Assembly (NCBI GenBank): GCA_035536915.1
Contig: DATLNE010000032.1
Coordinates: 3,752-67,751 of the forward strand
Direction: 5' to 3'
Source of the DNA: Acidimicrobiales bacterium
GTDB taxonomy: Bacteria; Actinomycetota; Acidimicrobiia; Acidimicrobiales; JAHWLA01
Length of the DNA stretch: 64,000 nucleotides
Part shown: piece by piece, positions 46,376 through 56,021 of the stretch
Numbering within the stretch: position 1 is the stretch's first letter
Layout: every line of letters starts with the position of its first letter
The notes under the pieces: generated by a model
Told to the model about the DNA's origin: nothing
Seen by the model: the letters and a program-made list of their open reading frames with translations, nothing else
Databases searched by the model: none
Position numbers and translations under genes: made by a program

Positions 46376-46736
46376 CGTCCTGCAATCCCCGAAGGATGTC
46401 TTCCACCCGTTGCCCACTTGCTATCGCGGGGTCGGCTTCGAATGCCAACTTGGGCGTGCGCTTCAGCCGTACCTGCCTGCCGATGGCCGCCTGGAGGGCG
46501 ATGCGGTTCTCCTCCAGGGCCACCGCGGCGTCCTCGGAGATGGAGGCCAGCAGCACCGTCGCCTGGCGAAGGTCGGGGTCGGCCTGCACGGCGGTGACGG
46601 TGGCCAGGTAGAGGCGGTCGTCCTCACCCCCGATGCGTTCGAGCTCCTCGGCCACGATCTCGCGCAGCACCTCGTTGACCCGCGCCGTACGCGGGTAACG
46701 CCTGCTGTTGCCCACGCGTCCTCTGCGATCAACCAT
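46362..46736 (-). CDS. rbfA: Ribosome-binding factor A
   Basis: RTARVNE, DLRQATV, LKRTPKLAFEAD; start is either ATG 46736 or GTG 46715. Confidence 0.93.
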   Translation of the reverse strand: MVDRRGRVGNSRRYPRTARVNEVLREIVAEELERIGGEDDRLYLATVTAVQADPDLRQATVLLASISEDAAVALEENRIALQAAIGRQVRLKRTPKLAFEADPAIASGQRVEDILRGLQDDAGN

Positions 46737-47013
46737 CGAGCCCCCAGTGTGCCGCGATGAGCTCCACTTCGGGAAACGACAGGACGAAGCGCTCGACCTT
46801 GGCCAGGACGTCGTCGGCCACGCCGGCCCGACCGGAGACCACGGCAAAGCCCAGCGAGGCCCGCTGCCACTTGTCCTGGTAGTCGACCTCCGCCACGGAG
46901 ACGCCGAAGCGGTTCTGCGCTCCGTGGAGGATGGTCTTGACCACTGCCCGCTTGTCCTTCAACGAATGACAGTGCGGGAGGTGAAGCTCGAGTTCCAAGG
47001 CACTTACGTGCGT
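46729..47013 (-). CDS. DUF503 (YlxP) family protein
   Basis: HSLKDKRAVVK, FGVSVAEVDYQDKWQR; infB-DUF503-rbfA synteny; start is TTG 46998 or ACG 47013. Confidence 0.88.
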   Translation of the reverse strand, partial: THVSALELELHLPHCHSLKDKRAVVKTILHGAQNRFGVSVAEVDYQDKWQRASLGFAVVSGRAGVADDVLAKVERFVLSFPEVELIAAHWGLDG

Positions 47014-49916
47014 GGGATCTCACGCTCCTCGTAGGTCTCGATGATGTCGCCCGGCTTGAGGTCCTGGAAGTCGGACAGGCCGATGCCGCACTCGAAGCCG
47101 GTAGCAACCTCGCGGACGTCGTCCTTGAACCGCTTGAGCGACGTGATGCTGCCGTTCCAGATGACCACGCCTTCCCGGAGGAAGCGGACCTTGGAGCCGC
47201 GGGCAATGGCGCCGTTGCGGACGTAGCAGCCCGCCACCTTGCCGATGCGCGGCACCGAGAAGACCTCGCGGACCTCGGCGTCGCCGGTGACGACCTCTTC
47301 GAACTCGGGGGCGAGCATGCCCACCATGGCGGATTCGATGTCCTCGATGAGCTTGTAGATGATCTCGTAGGTACGGATCTCCACGTGCTCGGCCTCGGCC
47401 ATGTTGCGGGCCTTGCGGTCGGGGCGGACGTTGAAGCCGATGATGGTGGCGTTGGACGCGGCGGCCAACTGCACGTCGTTCTCGGTGATGCCGCCCACGG
47501 CGCGGTGGACGAAGCTCAGCTTCACCTCGTCGCGCTCACGCTTCTTGAGCGACTCGGTGACCGCTTCCAGCGAGCCCTGCACGTCGGCCTTGAGGATCAG
47601 GTTCAACGTGGCCGTCTCGCCCCGCTGGATCTGCTCGAAGATGTCTTCCAGCTTGGCGCTGCCTGCCGCCATGCCCGCCATCGACGGCGTCTTGCGCATG
47701 TCGGCCGTGCGGTAGCGGTGCTCGCGCTGCTCGGCGATGTCGCGCGCCACCTTGTCGGAGACGGTGACGCGGAACTCGTCGCCCGCGGTGGGCACGTCGG
47801 AGAACCCGAGCACCTGCACCGGCGTGGACGGCGGCGCTTCCTTGATGTTGTCGCCCTTGTCGTCGATCAGCGCCCGCACGCGGCCCCAGGCCGCGCCTGC
47901 CACCACGGGGTCGCCCACCCGCAGGATGCCCGACTCCACGATGACGGTGGCCACCGGGCCCCGGCCGGTATCGAGGTTGGCCTCGAGGACCGTGCCCCGC
48001 GCCCGCCCCTCGGGGTTGGCCGTGAGCTCCTCGATGTCGGCCACGACGATGAGCTGTTCGAGCAGGTCGTCGATGCCCAGGTTCTGCAGGGCCGACAGCT
48101 CGACGGTGATGGTGTCGCCGCCCCACGACTCGGGCACCAGGCCGTGCTCGGAGAGCTGCTGGAGCACCCGGTTGGGGTCGGCGTCCTCGCGGTCGATCTT
48201 GTTGACCGCCACCACGATCGGCACGTCGGCCGCCTTGGCGTGGTTGAGGGCCTCGATCGTCTGGGGCATCACGCCGTCGTCGGCCGCCACCACCAGGATG
48301 ACGATGTCGGTCACCTGCGCGCCTCGGGCCCGCATGGCGGTGAACGCCTCGTGGCCCGGGGTGTCGATGAAGGTGATCAGGCGGCCGTCTTTTTCGACTT
48401 GGTAGGCACCGATGTGCTGGGTGATGCCGCCCGCCTCGCCCGCCACCACGTTGGCCTCGCGGATGCGGTCGAGCAGGAGGGTCTTGCCGTGGTCGACGTG
48501 ACCCATGACGGTGATGACCGGCGGTCGGGGCCGCTGGCCTTCTTCGTCCTCGTCGTCCTCGTCGTCGTCGAAGTACTTGGCCTGGAGGAGGGCTTCTTTC
48601 TCTTCGCCCGCGTCGACCAGGCGCACGGTGGCGCCGATCTCGGCCGCGAACAACTCGATGGAGTCGTCGCCCAACGACATGGTGGCGGTGACCATCTCGC
48701 CCTGCTCCAGCAGGAAGCGCACGACGTCGGCCGCGCTGCGGTTCAGGCGGGGGCCGAGCTCCTGGGCCGTCGAGCCGCGTTCGATGATGACCTCGCCCTC
48801 AGGGACGGGCGCGTCGGACGGCGTGTAACGGGTGAGCTCCTGGGCTTCGAGCTCTTCGAACGAACGACGACGCTTGCGCCGGCGCTGGCCGGGAGGACGG
48901 CCGCGGCCGCCGAAGCCGCCACGCCCGCCACCGGGACCACCAGGGCCGCCGCCGGGACCACCGGGTCGGCCGCCGAAGCCGCCGCCGGGTGCGCCACCAG
49001 GGCCACCAGGACGACCGCCGAAGCCGCCGCCGGGACCGCCTGCACCGCCGCCAGGACGGCCGCCGAAGCCGCCGCCGCCACCGGCCGTGCCGGGACGAGG
49101 ACCGCCGAAGCCACCGGTTCGAGGACCGCCGGGACCGCCCGTGCGCGGGCCGCCGGGGCCGCTGCTGCGACCGCCGGGAGGCGCGGGACGGCCACCCATG
49201 CCGGGCGGGGGCGGAATGGGCTTGCCCGTGCGAGACATGGGAGGAGCGCCGGGAGGCGGCGGGATGGGCTTGCCGGTACGTGAGACCGGAGGTGCGCCGG
49301 GCGGCGGGGCCGGGCGGGTGCCGGGAGCGCCGGGCGGGCGCGGGGCGCCTGCGGGAGGACCGGGCGGACGAGGCGGCGCCGGAGGCGCAGCGCCCTCGGC
49401 TGCTGCCGGGCGGGGCGCCGGGGCGGCGGGTCGCGGTGCGGGAGCTTCAGCGGCCGGACGCGGCGCAGGCGCGGGGGCCTCGGGCGTGGGCCGGCTGGTG
49501 ATGAGGCGGGGGTCGCGACCCGACGGCAGGGGTGCGGGCTCGGTCGCCTCGGCGGGCGCGGCCGGAGCGGGGGCAGGAACAGGCGCGGCCGGTGCGGGCG
49601 CAGCGGCTGCCGGGCGCTCGGCTTCGACCTCGGGTGCCGGGGCGGGAGCGGGTGCCGGCGCAGGTGCAGGTGCCTCAGCAGCAGGGGCGGCGGCCTTCTT
49701 GGCCGCCTTCTTGACGGGCTCGGGCTCGGGGGGCGACACCTCGCGGCGAAGTCCCTCCCGGTCGGCCTTTCTCCGGGCGCGGTCGGCCTGCGCATCCTCG
49801 ATGCTCGACGAATGCGATTTCACCCCGATGCCGAGGTCGAGGCACAGGTCGAGCGCCTCTTTGTTGGTCAAACCGAGCTCTCGTGCGAGCTCGTACACCC
49901 GGATCTTCTTCGGCAA
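47004..49916 (-). CDS. infB: Translation initiation factor IF-2
   Basis: [37 protein letters not shown] 49916. Confidence 0.98.
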   Translation of the reverse strand: MPKKIRVYELARELGLTNKEALDLCLDLGIGVKSHSSSIEDAQADRARRKADREGLRREVSPPEPEPVKKAAKKAAAPAAEAPAPAPAPAPAPAPEVEAERPAAAAPAPAAPVPAPAPAAPAEATEPAPLPSGRDPRLITSRPTPEAPAPAPRPAAEAPAPRPAAPAPRPAAAEGAAPPAPPRPPGPPAGAPRPPGAPGTRPAPPPGAPPVSRTGKPIPPPPGAPPMSRTGKPIPPPPGMGGRPAPPGGRSSGPGGPRTGGPGGPRTGGFGGPRPGTAGGGGGFGGRPGGGAGGPGGGFGGRPGGPGGAPGGGFGGRPGGPGGGPGGPGGGRGGFGGRGRPPGQRRRKRRRSFEELEAQELTRYTPSDAPVPEGEVIIERGSTAQELGPRLNRSAADVVRFLLEQGEMVTATMSLGDDSIELFAAEIGATVRLVDAGEEKEALLQAKYFDDDEDDEDEEGQRPRPPVITVMGHVDHGKTLLLDRIREANVVAGEAGGITQHIGAYQVEKDGRLITFIDTPGHEAFTAMRARGAQVTDIVILVVAADDGVMPQTIEALNHAKAADVPIVVAVNKIDREDADPNRVLQQLSEHGLVPESWGGDTITVELSALQNLGIDDLLEQLIVVADIEELTANPEGRARGTVLEANLDTGRGPVATVIVESGILRVGDPVVAGAAWGRVRALIDDKGDNIKEAPPSTPVQVLGFSDVPTAGDEFRVTVSDKVARDIAEQREHRYRTADMRKTPSMAGMAAGSAKLEDIFEQIQRGETATLNLILKADVQGSLEAVTESLKKRERDEVKLSFVHRAVGGITENDVQLAAASNATIIGFNVRPDRKARNMAEAEHVEIRTYEIIYKLIEDIESAMVGMLAPEFEEVVTGDAEVREVFSVPRIGKVAGCYVRNGAIARGSKVRFLREGVVIWNGSITSLKRFKDDVREVATGFECGIGLSDFQDLKPGDIIETYEEREIPRT

Positions 49917-49956
49917 GTGCTGCTGATTCCTTCCTAGGCCCCGACGTGGCGGCGAC

Positions 49957-50217
49957 CTACCATCCTCGCACGTCCGCGAGTTCCGCACGAAGTGCGGCTA
50001 TGTCTGCTTCGTCCACTCGGGCTCGCAACGCCCGTCCGAACGACTTCTGCTTTGCTGCGATGTCGATGCAGGCCGGGGCGCCGGCACACAGCCACGCCCC
50101 TCGCCCCGGCAGCCCCCGGCCGATGGCCAAGGAACCGTCGGAGCGACGAGTCACCCGCACCAGCTCGTCGGCCGGCGCAGTGCGCCGGCAGCCGATGCAG
50201 GTGCGTACCGGCGCTAT
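49957..50217 (-). CDS. ylxR: YlxR/RnpM (DUF448) family protein
   Basis: PVRTCIGCR...LVRV...GRGAWLC...C...FGRALR; nusA-ylxR-infB synteny; ATA 50217 start proposed. Confidence 0.88.
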   Translation of the reverse strand: MAPVRTCIGCRRTAPADELVRVTRRSDGSLAIGRGLPGRGAWLCAGAPACIDIAAKQKSFGRALRARVDEADIAALRAELADVRGW

Positions 50218-51557
50218 GCCGGAGCCTCCTCGCCCGTGGGCTCGGGCTCGGTCTCCGTCTCGCTCTCGGTCTCCGTCTCGGCCTCGGCCTCGGCCTCCTC
50301 GACGGCGGCCACCACTTCCACGGCGTCGGCTGCAGGCGACGGCTCGTCCGCAGTGTCGGCCTCGGAGGCGGCGCCGTTGTCGGACGCCGAAGCGGGGGCA
50401 TCGCCGTCGGCCTCGGCCTTGGCGGGCGTCTCGCCGCCTTCGGCCTCGTCACCGCCGTGCGACCACGCCTCGGCCGACATGGCTTCGCCGCCCTCGGCGG
50501 GCTGCCACACCATCTCGCCGGTGGCGGCGTCGGTCACCCACTCGCCCTCGGCCCACTCTTCGCCGGTGTAGCCGGCTTCCTCTTCCGCCAACTGGCCTTC
50601 GCTCTTGATGTCGATGCGCCAGCCGGTGAGCCGGGCGGCCAGGCGGGCGTTCTGCCCTTCCTTGCCGATGGCCAGCGACAGTTGGTAGTCGTGCACGACG
50701 ACGGTGGCCGTGCCGGTCTCCTCGTCGAGGCGCACTTCCTTGACCTTGGCGGGCTGGAGGGCGCGCATGACGAACTCTGTCGGCTCCTCCGAGTAGGGGA
50801 CGATGTCGACCTTCTCGCCCCGCAACTCGTTGGTGACCATGCGCACGCGGGCGCCCCGGGCGCCGACGCAGGCGCCGACGGGGTCGACGTTGTTGTCGTT
50901 GGACCACACGGCGATCTTGGTGCGGTGCCCTGGCTCGCGGGCACAGGCCTTGATCTCGACGACGCCGCTGGCGATCTCGGGGACCTCCAGCTCGAACAGC
51001 CGCTTGATCAGGCCCGGGTGGGTGCGGCTGACCACGATCTGCGGGCCCTTGGTGGTCTTGCGGACCTCGACGATGTAGGCCTTGAGGCGGGCGCCGTGGT
51101 CGTAGTGCTCGTAGGGCACCTGCTCGGCCTGGGGCAGCAACGCCTCGACCTTGCCCAGGTCGAGCAGCGTGTAGCGGTTGTCGCTCTGCTGGATGATGCC
51201 GGTGACGATGTCGCCCTCGCGGCCCGCGTACTCCTCGTACTTCTGGTCGCGCTCGACCTCGCGGATGCGCTGGAGGATCACTTGCTTGGCGGTCTGCGCG
51301 GCGATGCGCCCGAAGTTCTCGGGGGTGTCGTCCCACTCGCGCACGACGTTGCCGTCCTCGTCGAGCTCCTGGGCGTAGACGGTGATCTCCATCGTGTCGG
51401 GGTCGATGGTGACGACGGCCTCTTCGGCGGCCTTGGGCATGCGCTTGTAGGCAGCGACCAGTGCGTTGGCGAGGGCGTCGAGGAGGACCTCGACGGAGAT
51501 GTTCTTCTCGCGGGCGACGAGCTGGAGTGCCTCGAGGAACTCGAAGTTGCCCTTCAT
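50214..51557 (-). CDS. nusA: Transcription factor NusA
   Basis: [51 protein letters not shown]; acidic tail. Confidence 0.98.
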   Translation of the reverse strand: MKGNFEFLEALQLVAREKNISVEVLLDALANALVAAYKRMPKAAEEAVVTIDPDTMEITVYAQELDEDGNVVREWDDTPENFGRIAAQTAKQVILQRIREVERDQKYEEYAGREGDIVTGIIQQSDNRYTLLDLGKVEALLPQAEQVPYEHYDHGARLKAYIVEVRKTTKGPQIVVSRTHPGLIKRLFELEVPEIASGVVEIKACAREPGHRTKIAVWSNDNNVDPVGACVGARGARVRMVTNELRGEKVDIVPYSEEPTEFVMRALQPAKVKEVRLDEETGTATVVVHDYQLSLAIGKEGQNARLAARLTGWRIDIKSEGQLAEEEAGYTGEEWAEGEWVTDAATGEMVWQPAEGGEAMSAEAWSHGGDEAEGGETPAKAEADGDAPASASDNGAASEADTADEPSPAADAVEVVAAVEEAEAEAETETESETETEPEPTGEEAPA

Positions 51558-52033
51558 GACGTAGCGGCCTTCTTCTTGGTCGTTGGCTTGGGGGCGGGGC
51601 CCCACTCGAACACGGTGCGGGCCCTGTCGATCTCGCCGTAGGCGAGGGTGCGGCCGGCGACGGTGATGCCGTCGTCGTCGGCGGCTTCGAGGGTGCCCTG
51701 GATGCGACGCTCGCCTTCGACGGCGGGCTTCGTCTTCACCGCGACGGTGGTGCCGAGGTAACGGCGGAAGTGATCGGGGGTGCGCAGCGGGCGCTCGACG
51801 CCGGGGCTGCTCACTTCCAGTGTGTAGCGCTGACCGGGGACGAGGTCTTCCTCGTCGAGGAGGTCGGACACGTGGCGGGTGGCCTCGGCCACGCCTTCGA
51901 GGTCGATGCCGCCCGGACGGTCGACGCTGACGCGGAGGACGCCGCCGGTGAACTCCACGTCGAACAGCTCGAAGCCTCGGTCGGCCAGGAGCGGGGCGAC
52001 TCGTTGCGATACTCGTGCTGCAGGGTCCACCAC
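51554..52033 (-). CDS. rimP: Ribosome maturation factor RimP
   Basis: YTLEVSSPGVERPL. Confidence 0.95.
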   Translation of the reverse strand: MVDPAARVSQRVAPLLADRGFELFDVEFTGGVLRVSVDRPGGIDLEGVAEATRHVSDLLDEEDLVPGQRYTLEVSSPGVERPLRTPDHFRRYLGTTVAVKTKPAVEGERRIQGTLEAADDDGITVAGRTLAYGEIDRARTVFEWGPAPKPTTKKKAATS

Positions 52034-52056
52034 GCACCTCCTTCCAAGGACCGGCC

Positions 52057-52099
52057 AAACAAAAGCGTGGGCGACCGCCCACGCAGGAAGGACAGTATA
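52057..52099 (-). terminator. rimP-nusA promoter and leader attenuator
   Basis: -10 TATACT (52094-52099), then GCGTGGGCG-GT-CGCCCACGC-TTTTGTTT ahead of the AAGGAGG SD. Confidence 0.8.
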
Positions 52100-52124
52100 G
52101 CGGGTCGGGTTTCTGACGCCCTTG

Positions 52125-53537
52125 TCAGTAGGCCCGGGCGATATAGGCCACGGTGTCCGATTCGTCCTCGCCTGCGGGGAGCCCGCCGTCGGCCGTCTGG
52201 AGGCAGCGCACGGTCACGCCGCCTTGGGCCAACTGCGTCTCGCCGTCGTCGCCCAGGGCCTGCCACGGGACGCGGGCGAAGCCGTTCTGGGCCGCTTCCC
52301 GGGCCTCGTCGACGGTGGTGGCGTCGGCCGTGCGGCTGTCGCGCAGGGCCGTGGCTTCGGCCAACAAGTTGGCCTGCACGGCGTCGAGCGCGTCGGCTGC
52401 CGCAGCGACGGCGCCGTCGGCCGGGATCGTCGTCTTGTCGCCCGTGTCGCGCCGCACCAGCGTGACGTTGCCCTCGGCCAGGTCGCGGGGGCCGACCTCG
52501 ATGCGCACGGGCACGCCCTTGAGCTCCCAGTCGACGGCCCGGCGGCCGAAGCTGGTGTCGACCCGGCTGTCGAGGTGGACGCGCACGCCCTTGGCCTTGA
52601 GCTCGGCGGCGATGGCGGCGGCTTTGTCGCCCGCGCCGTTCTCGTCGCGGACCAGCAGGACGACGACCTGGGTGGGCGCCACGGCCGGGGGCAGGCGCAG
52701 GCCGTTGTCGTCGCCGTGGGTCATGATCAGCGCGCCGATGAGGCGGGTCGACACGCCCCAACTGGTCTGCCACACGTACTGCTGGGCACCGGCTTCGTCG
52801 AGGTACTGGGTGTCGAAGACCTTGGCGAAGTTCTGGCCCAACTCGTGGCTGGTGCCCATCTGCAGGGCCTTGCCGTCGCCCATGACGCCTTCGCACGTCC
52901 AGGAGTTGATGGCGCCTGCGAAGCGCTCACGAGCGGTCTTGCGGCCTACGCGCACGGGGATGCCGAGCACGTTCACCATGGTGTCCTCGTAGACCTCGCG
53001 CAGGATGCGCACCGAGTAGTCGCGGGCGTCTTCCTGGCTGACGTGGCAGGTGTGGCCTTCCTGCCAGAGGAACTCGGTGGTGCGCAGGAACAGGCGGGGG
53101 CGCAGCTCCCAGCGCACGACGTTGGCCCACTGGTTGATGAGCAGCGGCAGGTCGCGGTAGCTCTGCACCCACTTGGAGAAGTAGGAGTTGATGATCGTCT
53201 CGCTGGTGGGGCGTACGACGACGGGTTCTTCGAGCTCCTTGCCGCCGCCATGGGTGACGACGGCCAGTTCGGGGCTGAAGCCCTCGACGTGGTCGGCCTC
53301 GCGGCGCAGGTACTCCTCGGGGATGAACAGGGGGAAGTAGGCGTTCTCGGCGCCCGCTTCCTTGATGCGGCTGTCGAGGGCGGCCTGCACGTGCTCCCAC
53401 ACGGCGTAGGCCCACGGCCGGATGACCATGGTGCCGCGCACCGGGCCGTTCTCGGCCAGGCCCGCCTTGGCCACCACGTCCTGGTACCACTTCGGGAAAT
53501 CGGTGGCGCGCGGGGTGAGGATCGACTTCTGGGCCAT
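52125..53537 (-). CDS. proS: Proline--tRNA ligase, archaeal/eukaryote-type
   Basis: HVEGFSPE, RPTSET, QWANVVRWE, FLRTTEFLWQEGHT, GTSHELGQNF, C-terminal ARAY. Confidence 0.96.
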   Translation of the reverse strand: MAQKSILTPRATDFPKWYQDVVAKAGLAENGPVRGTMVIRPWAYAVWEHVQAALDSRIKEAGAENAYFPLFIPEEYLRREADHVEGFSPELAVVTHGGGKELEEPVVVRPTSETIINSYFSKWVQSYRDLPLLINQWANVVRWELRPRLFLRTTEFLWQEGHTCHVSQEDARDYSVRILREVYEDTMVNVLGIPVRVGRKTARERFAGAINSWTCEGVMGDGKALQMGTSHELGQNFAKVFDTQYLDEAGAQQYVWQTSWGVSTRLIGALIMTHGDDNGLRLPPAVAPTQVVVLLVRDENGAGDKAAAIAAELKAKGVRVHLDSRVDTSFGRRAVDWELKGVPVRIEVGPRDLAEGNVTLVRRDTGDKTTIPADGAVAAAADALDAVQANLLAEATALRDSRTADATTVDEAREAAQNGFARVPWQALGDDGETQLAQGGVTVRCLQTADGGLPAGEDESDTVAYIARAY

Positions 53538-53559
53538 GGCGCCGGAGGTTAGCCGGCGA

Positions 53560-54771
53560 TCAGAAGTGGGTCTGGCTGAACGGGGCTGTGGGGCTGGGGA
53601 ACATGGCGTCGGCCACGGCCAGGGCGCCCGGCTTCAGTTCGGTGATGCGACCGGCGGCGGCCAGCGCCGACGGGAGCACGCCGCCCAGGTAGATCGAGCC
53701 CAACGCGTCGACGGGCAGGTGGAGGTCGGGCTCGGCGTCGGTGCGGGTGCAGCGGCCGCCGTCGAGCAGGAAGCACCCGCCCGCCTGCGGTCGGAACTCG
53801 TCGACCACCTCCAGCACCAACCGCCCGTCGGCGGCGTACCCCCGCGTCGACAGCGCCGCTTCCACGTCGAGCACCCGGCACCAGATGTCGTCGACCATGG
53901 CGTTGACCTCGATGGCCCGGGCATCGGCCAACAGCCAGCGCAGCGGCTCGTCGAGGGGGATGTGGGCCTGCACCCGGTCTGTGAGGTCGACCCCGAACAG
54001 GTACTGCCACAGGGCGGCGCGGCTTGTGGGCGTGGTGGTGGCCAGGTCGCCGACCACGACCTCGCCGTTGGGCACGCCGTGGTCGCTCCAGCCTTGCTTG
54101 ACCCGGTAGGCGACGTAGCCATCGGCCTCCCCCGCGGCCGTCTCGTGGACGGCGTAGAAGCGGGCGCTGGCACCCTCGCGCCACCGCTCCCGGTCGGTGA
54201 ACCAGTAGTTCCAGAACGAGTCGGCCCGCTGGTGGTCGGCGGGCAACAGGCGCCGCGAGCGGTCGAACACCGGCGGCAGCACCTTGCGGGCCGTCTCGGC
54301 GTCGATGATGCGCACCCGGCCGTCGTCGGCCACCGGCGAGCGGAGGGCGGAGCGGGCCCGCTGCACCTTGACGTCGTACGTCCAGGTGGCGCAGCCGTAG
54401 CCGAACCGGCCGTAGATGGTGGCCTCGCTGGCGGTGAGGATGGCCACGGCCTCGCCGCGGGCAGCCACGTCGTCGAGTTGGTGGGCCATCATTCGGCGCA
54501 ACAGGCCACGGCGGCGATGGGTCGGCAGCACCGACACCCAGGTGATGCCCGCGGCGGGTGTGACGGTGAGGCCGGGCACGGTGAGCTCGAAGGAGAAGGC
54601 GGCGGCCGTGGCCGCGATGTCGTCGCCGTCGAACACCGCCACCGTGCGGTCGAGCTCGAGGTAGCCACGAGCGTCGTCGAGGTGCTCGTCGAGGGTGGTG
54701 ACGCCGAAGCCGATGTGGTCGGTACGGATGAACGCGGCGAGCTCTTCGTCGGTGACGGCGCGGACGTCCAT
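53560..54771 (-). CDS. Eis-family GNAT acetyltransferase
   Basis: VSVLPTHRRRG, LTASEATIYGRFGYG, RVLDV, LGSIYLGG, terminal aromatic residue. Confidence 0.9.
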   Translation of the reverse strand: MDVRAVTDEELAAFIRTDHIGFGVTTLDEHLDDARGYLELDRTVAVFDGDDIAATAAAFSFELTVPGLTVTPAAGITWVSVLPTHRRRGLLRRMMAHQLDDVAARGEAVAILTASEATIYGRFGYGCATWTYDVKVQRARSALRSPVADDGRVRIIDAETARKVLPPVFDRSRRLLPADHQRADSFWNYWFTDRERWREGASARFYAVHETAAGEADGYVAYRVKQGWSDHGVPNGEVVVGDLATTTPTSRAALWQYLFGVDLTDRVQAHIPLDEPLRWLLADARAIEVNAMVDDIWCRVLDVEAALSTRGYAADGRLVLEVVDEFRPQAGGCFLLDGGRCTRTDAEPDLHLPVDALGSIYLGGVLPSALAAAGRITELKPGALAVADAMFPSPTAPFSQTHF

Positions 54772-56000
54772 CAGCCCACCGTCTTGCGGATCAGGTCGAC
54801 CCGCACCTCAGAAGCGTTGGCGTCGGCGCCCTGCTCGTCGAGCAACGCGGCCCGGTCCTTCTCCGCTTCCCGCCGGGCCTTGTCGAGGTCGGCCTCGGCC
54901 AGCACTGCCTCGGCACCCCGTTCGAGGATGGCCTCGGCGTAGCGCACCAACGACTCGACCATCTCGTCCTCAGGCACCACGGCCACGTTCTGGCCTTTGA
55001 TGAACAGGTGGCCCTTCTTGCGCCCCGCGGCGATGCCGATGTCGGCGTCGCGCGCTTCGCCGGGGCCGTTCACCACGCAGCCCATGACGGCCACCTGCAA
55101 CGGGATCTCGCGGTCGCCGAAGGCTGTCATGGCCTCGTTGGCCACCTTGATGACGTCGATCTCGGCCCGGCCGCACGAGGGGCAGGCGATGAGGTCGACG
55201 TTCTTGCGCTCGCGCAGGCCCATGGCTTCGAGCAGTGTGCGGCCCGCCCGCGCCTCTTCGACAGGGTCGGCGGTGAGCGAGTAGCGGATGGTGTCGCCGA
55301 TGCCCTCGGCCAAGAGGGTGGCCATCCCCGCGGTGGCCTTGATGAGGCCGGCGGGCGGCGGGCCTGCTTCGGTGACGCCGAGGTGCAGGGGGTGGTCGGT
55401 GACGTCGGCGAGCATGCGGTACGACTCGATCATCAGCGGCACGTTCGAGGCCTTCACGCTGATCTTCACGTCGTCGAAGCCCACCTCTGCGAAGTACGCC
55501 AGCTCTGTCTGGGCCGATTCCACCAGAGCTTCGGGCGTGGCGCCTCCGTATTTCTCGTAGAGGCGGGAGTCGAGCGAGCCCGCGTTGACCCCGATGCGGA
55601 TGGGGACGCCCCGGTCCTTGCACTCGGCGGCCACCGCCTTGATGTGCTCGGGCTTGCGGATGTTGCCGGGGTTGAGGCGCAGGCCGTGCACCCCGGCCTC
55701 CAGCGCGGCGAGGGCCATGCGGTATTGGTGGTGGATGTCGGCGATGACCGGCACCGGCGAACGGGGCACGATGCGGGCCAGGCCTTCGGCCGCTTCGGCT
55801 TCGTTGCAGGTGCAGCGCACGATGTCGGCGCCCGCGCCGGCCAAGGCGTAGATCTGCTGCAGGGTGCCCTCGACGTCGGCCGTCTTGGTGATCGTCATCG
55901 ACTGGACGGTGATGGGGGCGTCGCCGCCCACCGCCACGGTGCCGACCCGAATCTGGCGGGTCTTGCGACGCGGCGCGGCGGTGGCGTTGGGCCCTTGCAC
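54771..56000 (-). CDS. ispG: HMBPP synthase
   Basis: VQSMT, ADIH, RLNPGNI, RIGVNAGSL, HLGVTEAG, CPSCGR, MGCVVNGPGE. Confidence 0.97.
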   Translation of the reverse strand: MQGPNATAAPRRKTRQIRVGTVAVGGDAPITVQSMTITKTADVEGTLQQIYALAGAGADIVRCTCNEAEAAEGLARIVPRSPVPVIADIHHQYRMALAALEAGVHGLRLNPGNIRKPEHIKAVAAECKDRGVPIRIGVNAGSLDSRLYEKYGGATPEALVESAQTELAYFAEVGFDDVKISVKASNVPLMIESYRMLADVTDHPLHLGVTEAGPPPAGLIKATAGMATLLAEGIGDTIRYSLTADPVEEARAGRTLLEAMGLRERKNVDLIACPSCGRAEIDVIKVANEAMTAFGDREIPLQVAVMGCVVNGPGEARDADIGIAAGRKKGHLFIKGQNVAVVPEDEMVESLVRYAEAILERGAEAVLAEADLDKARREAEKDRAALLDEQGADANASEVRVDLIRKTVG

Positions 56001-56021
56001 GCCGTCCAGCCTACGGCGCCA

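Noticed and set aside
48880..49700. Repetitive GC-rich tracts in infB
   Set aside because: They encode the usual Pro/Gly/Ala-rich IF-2 linker and are not an array
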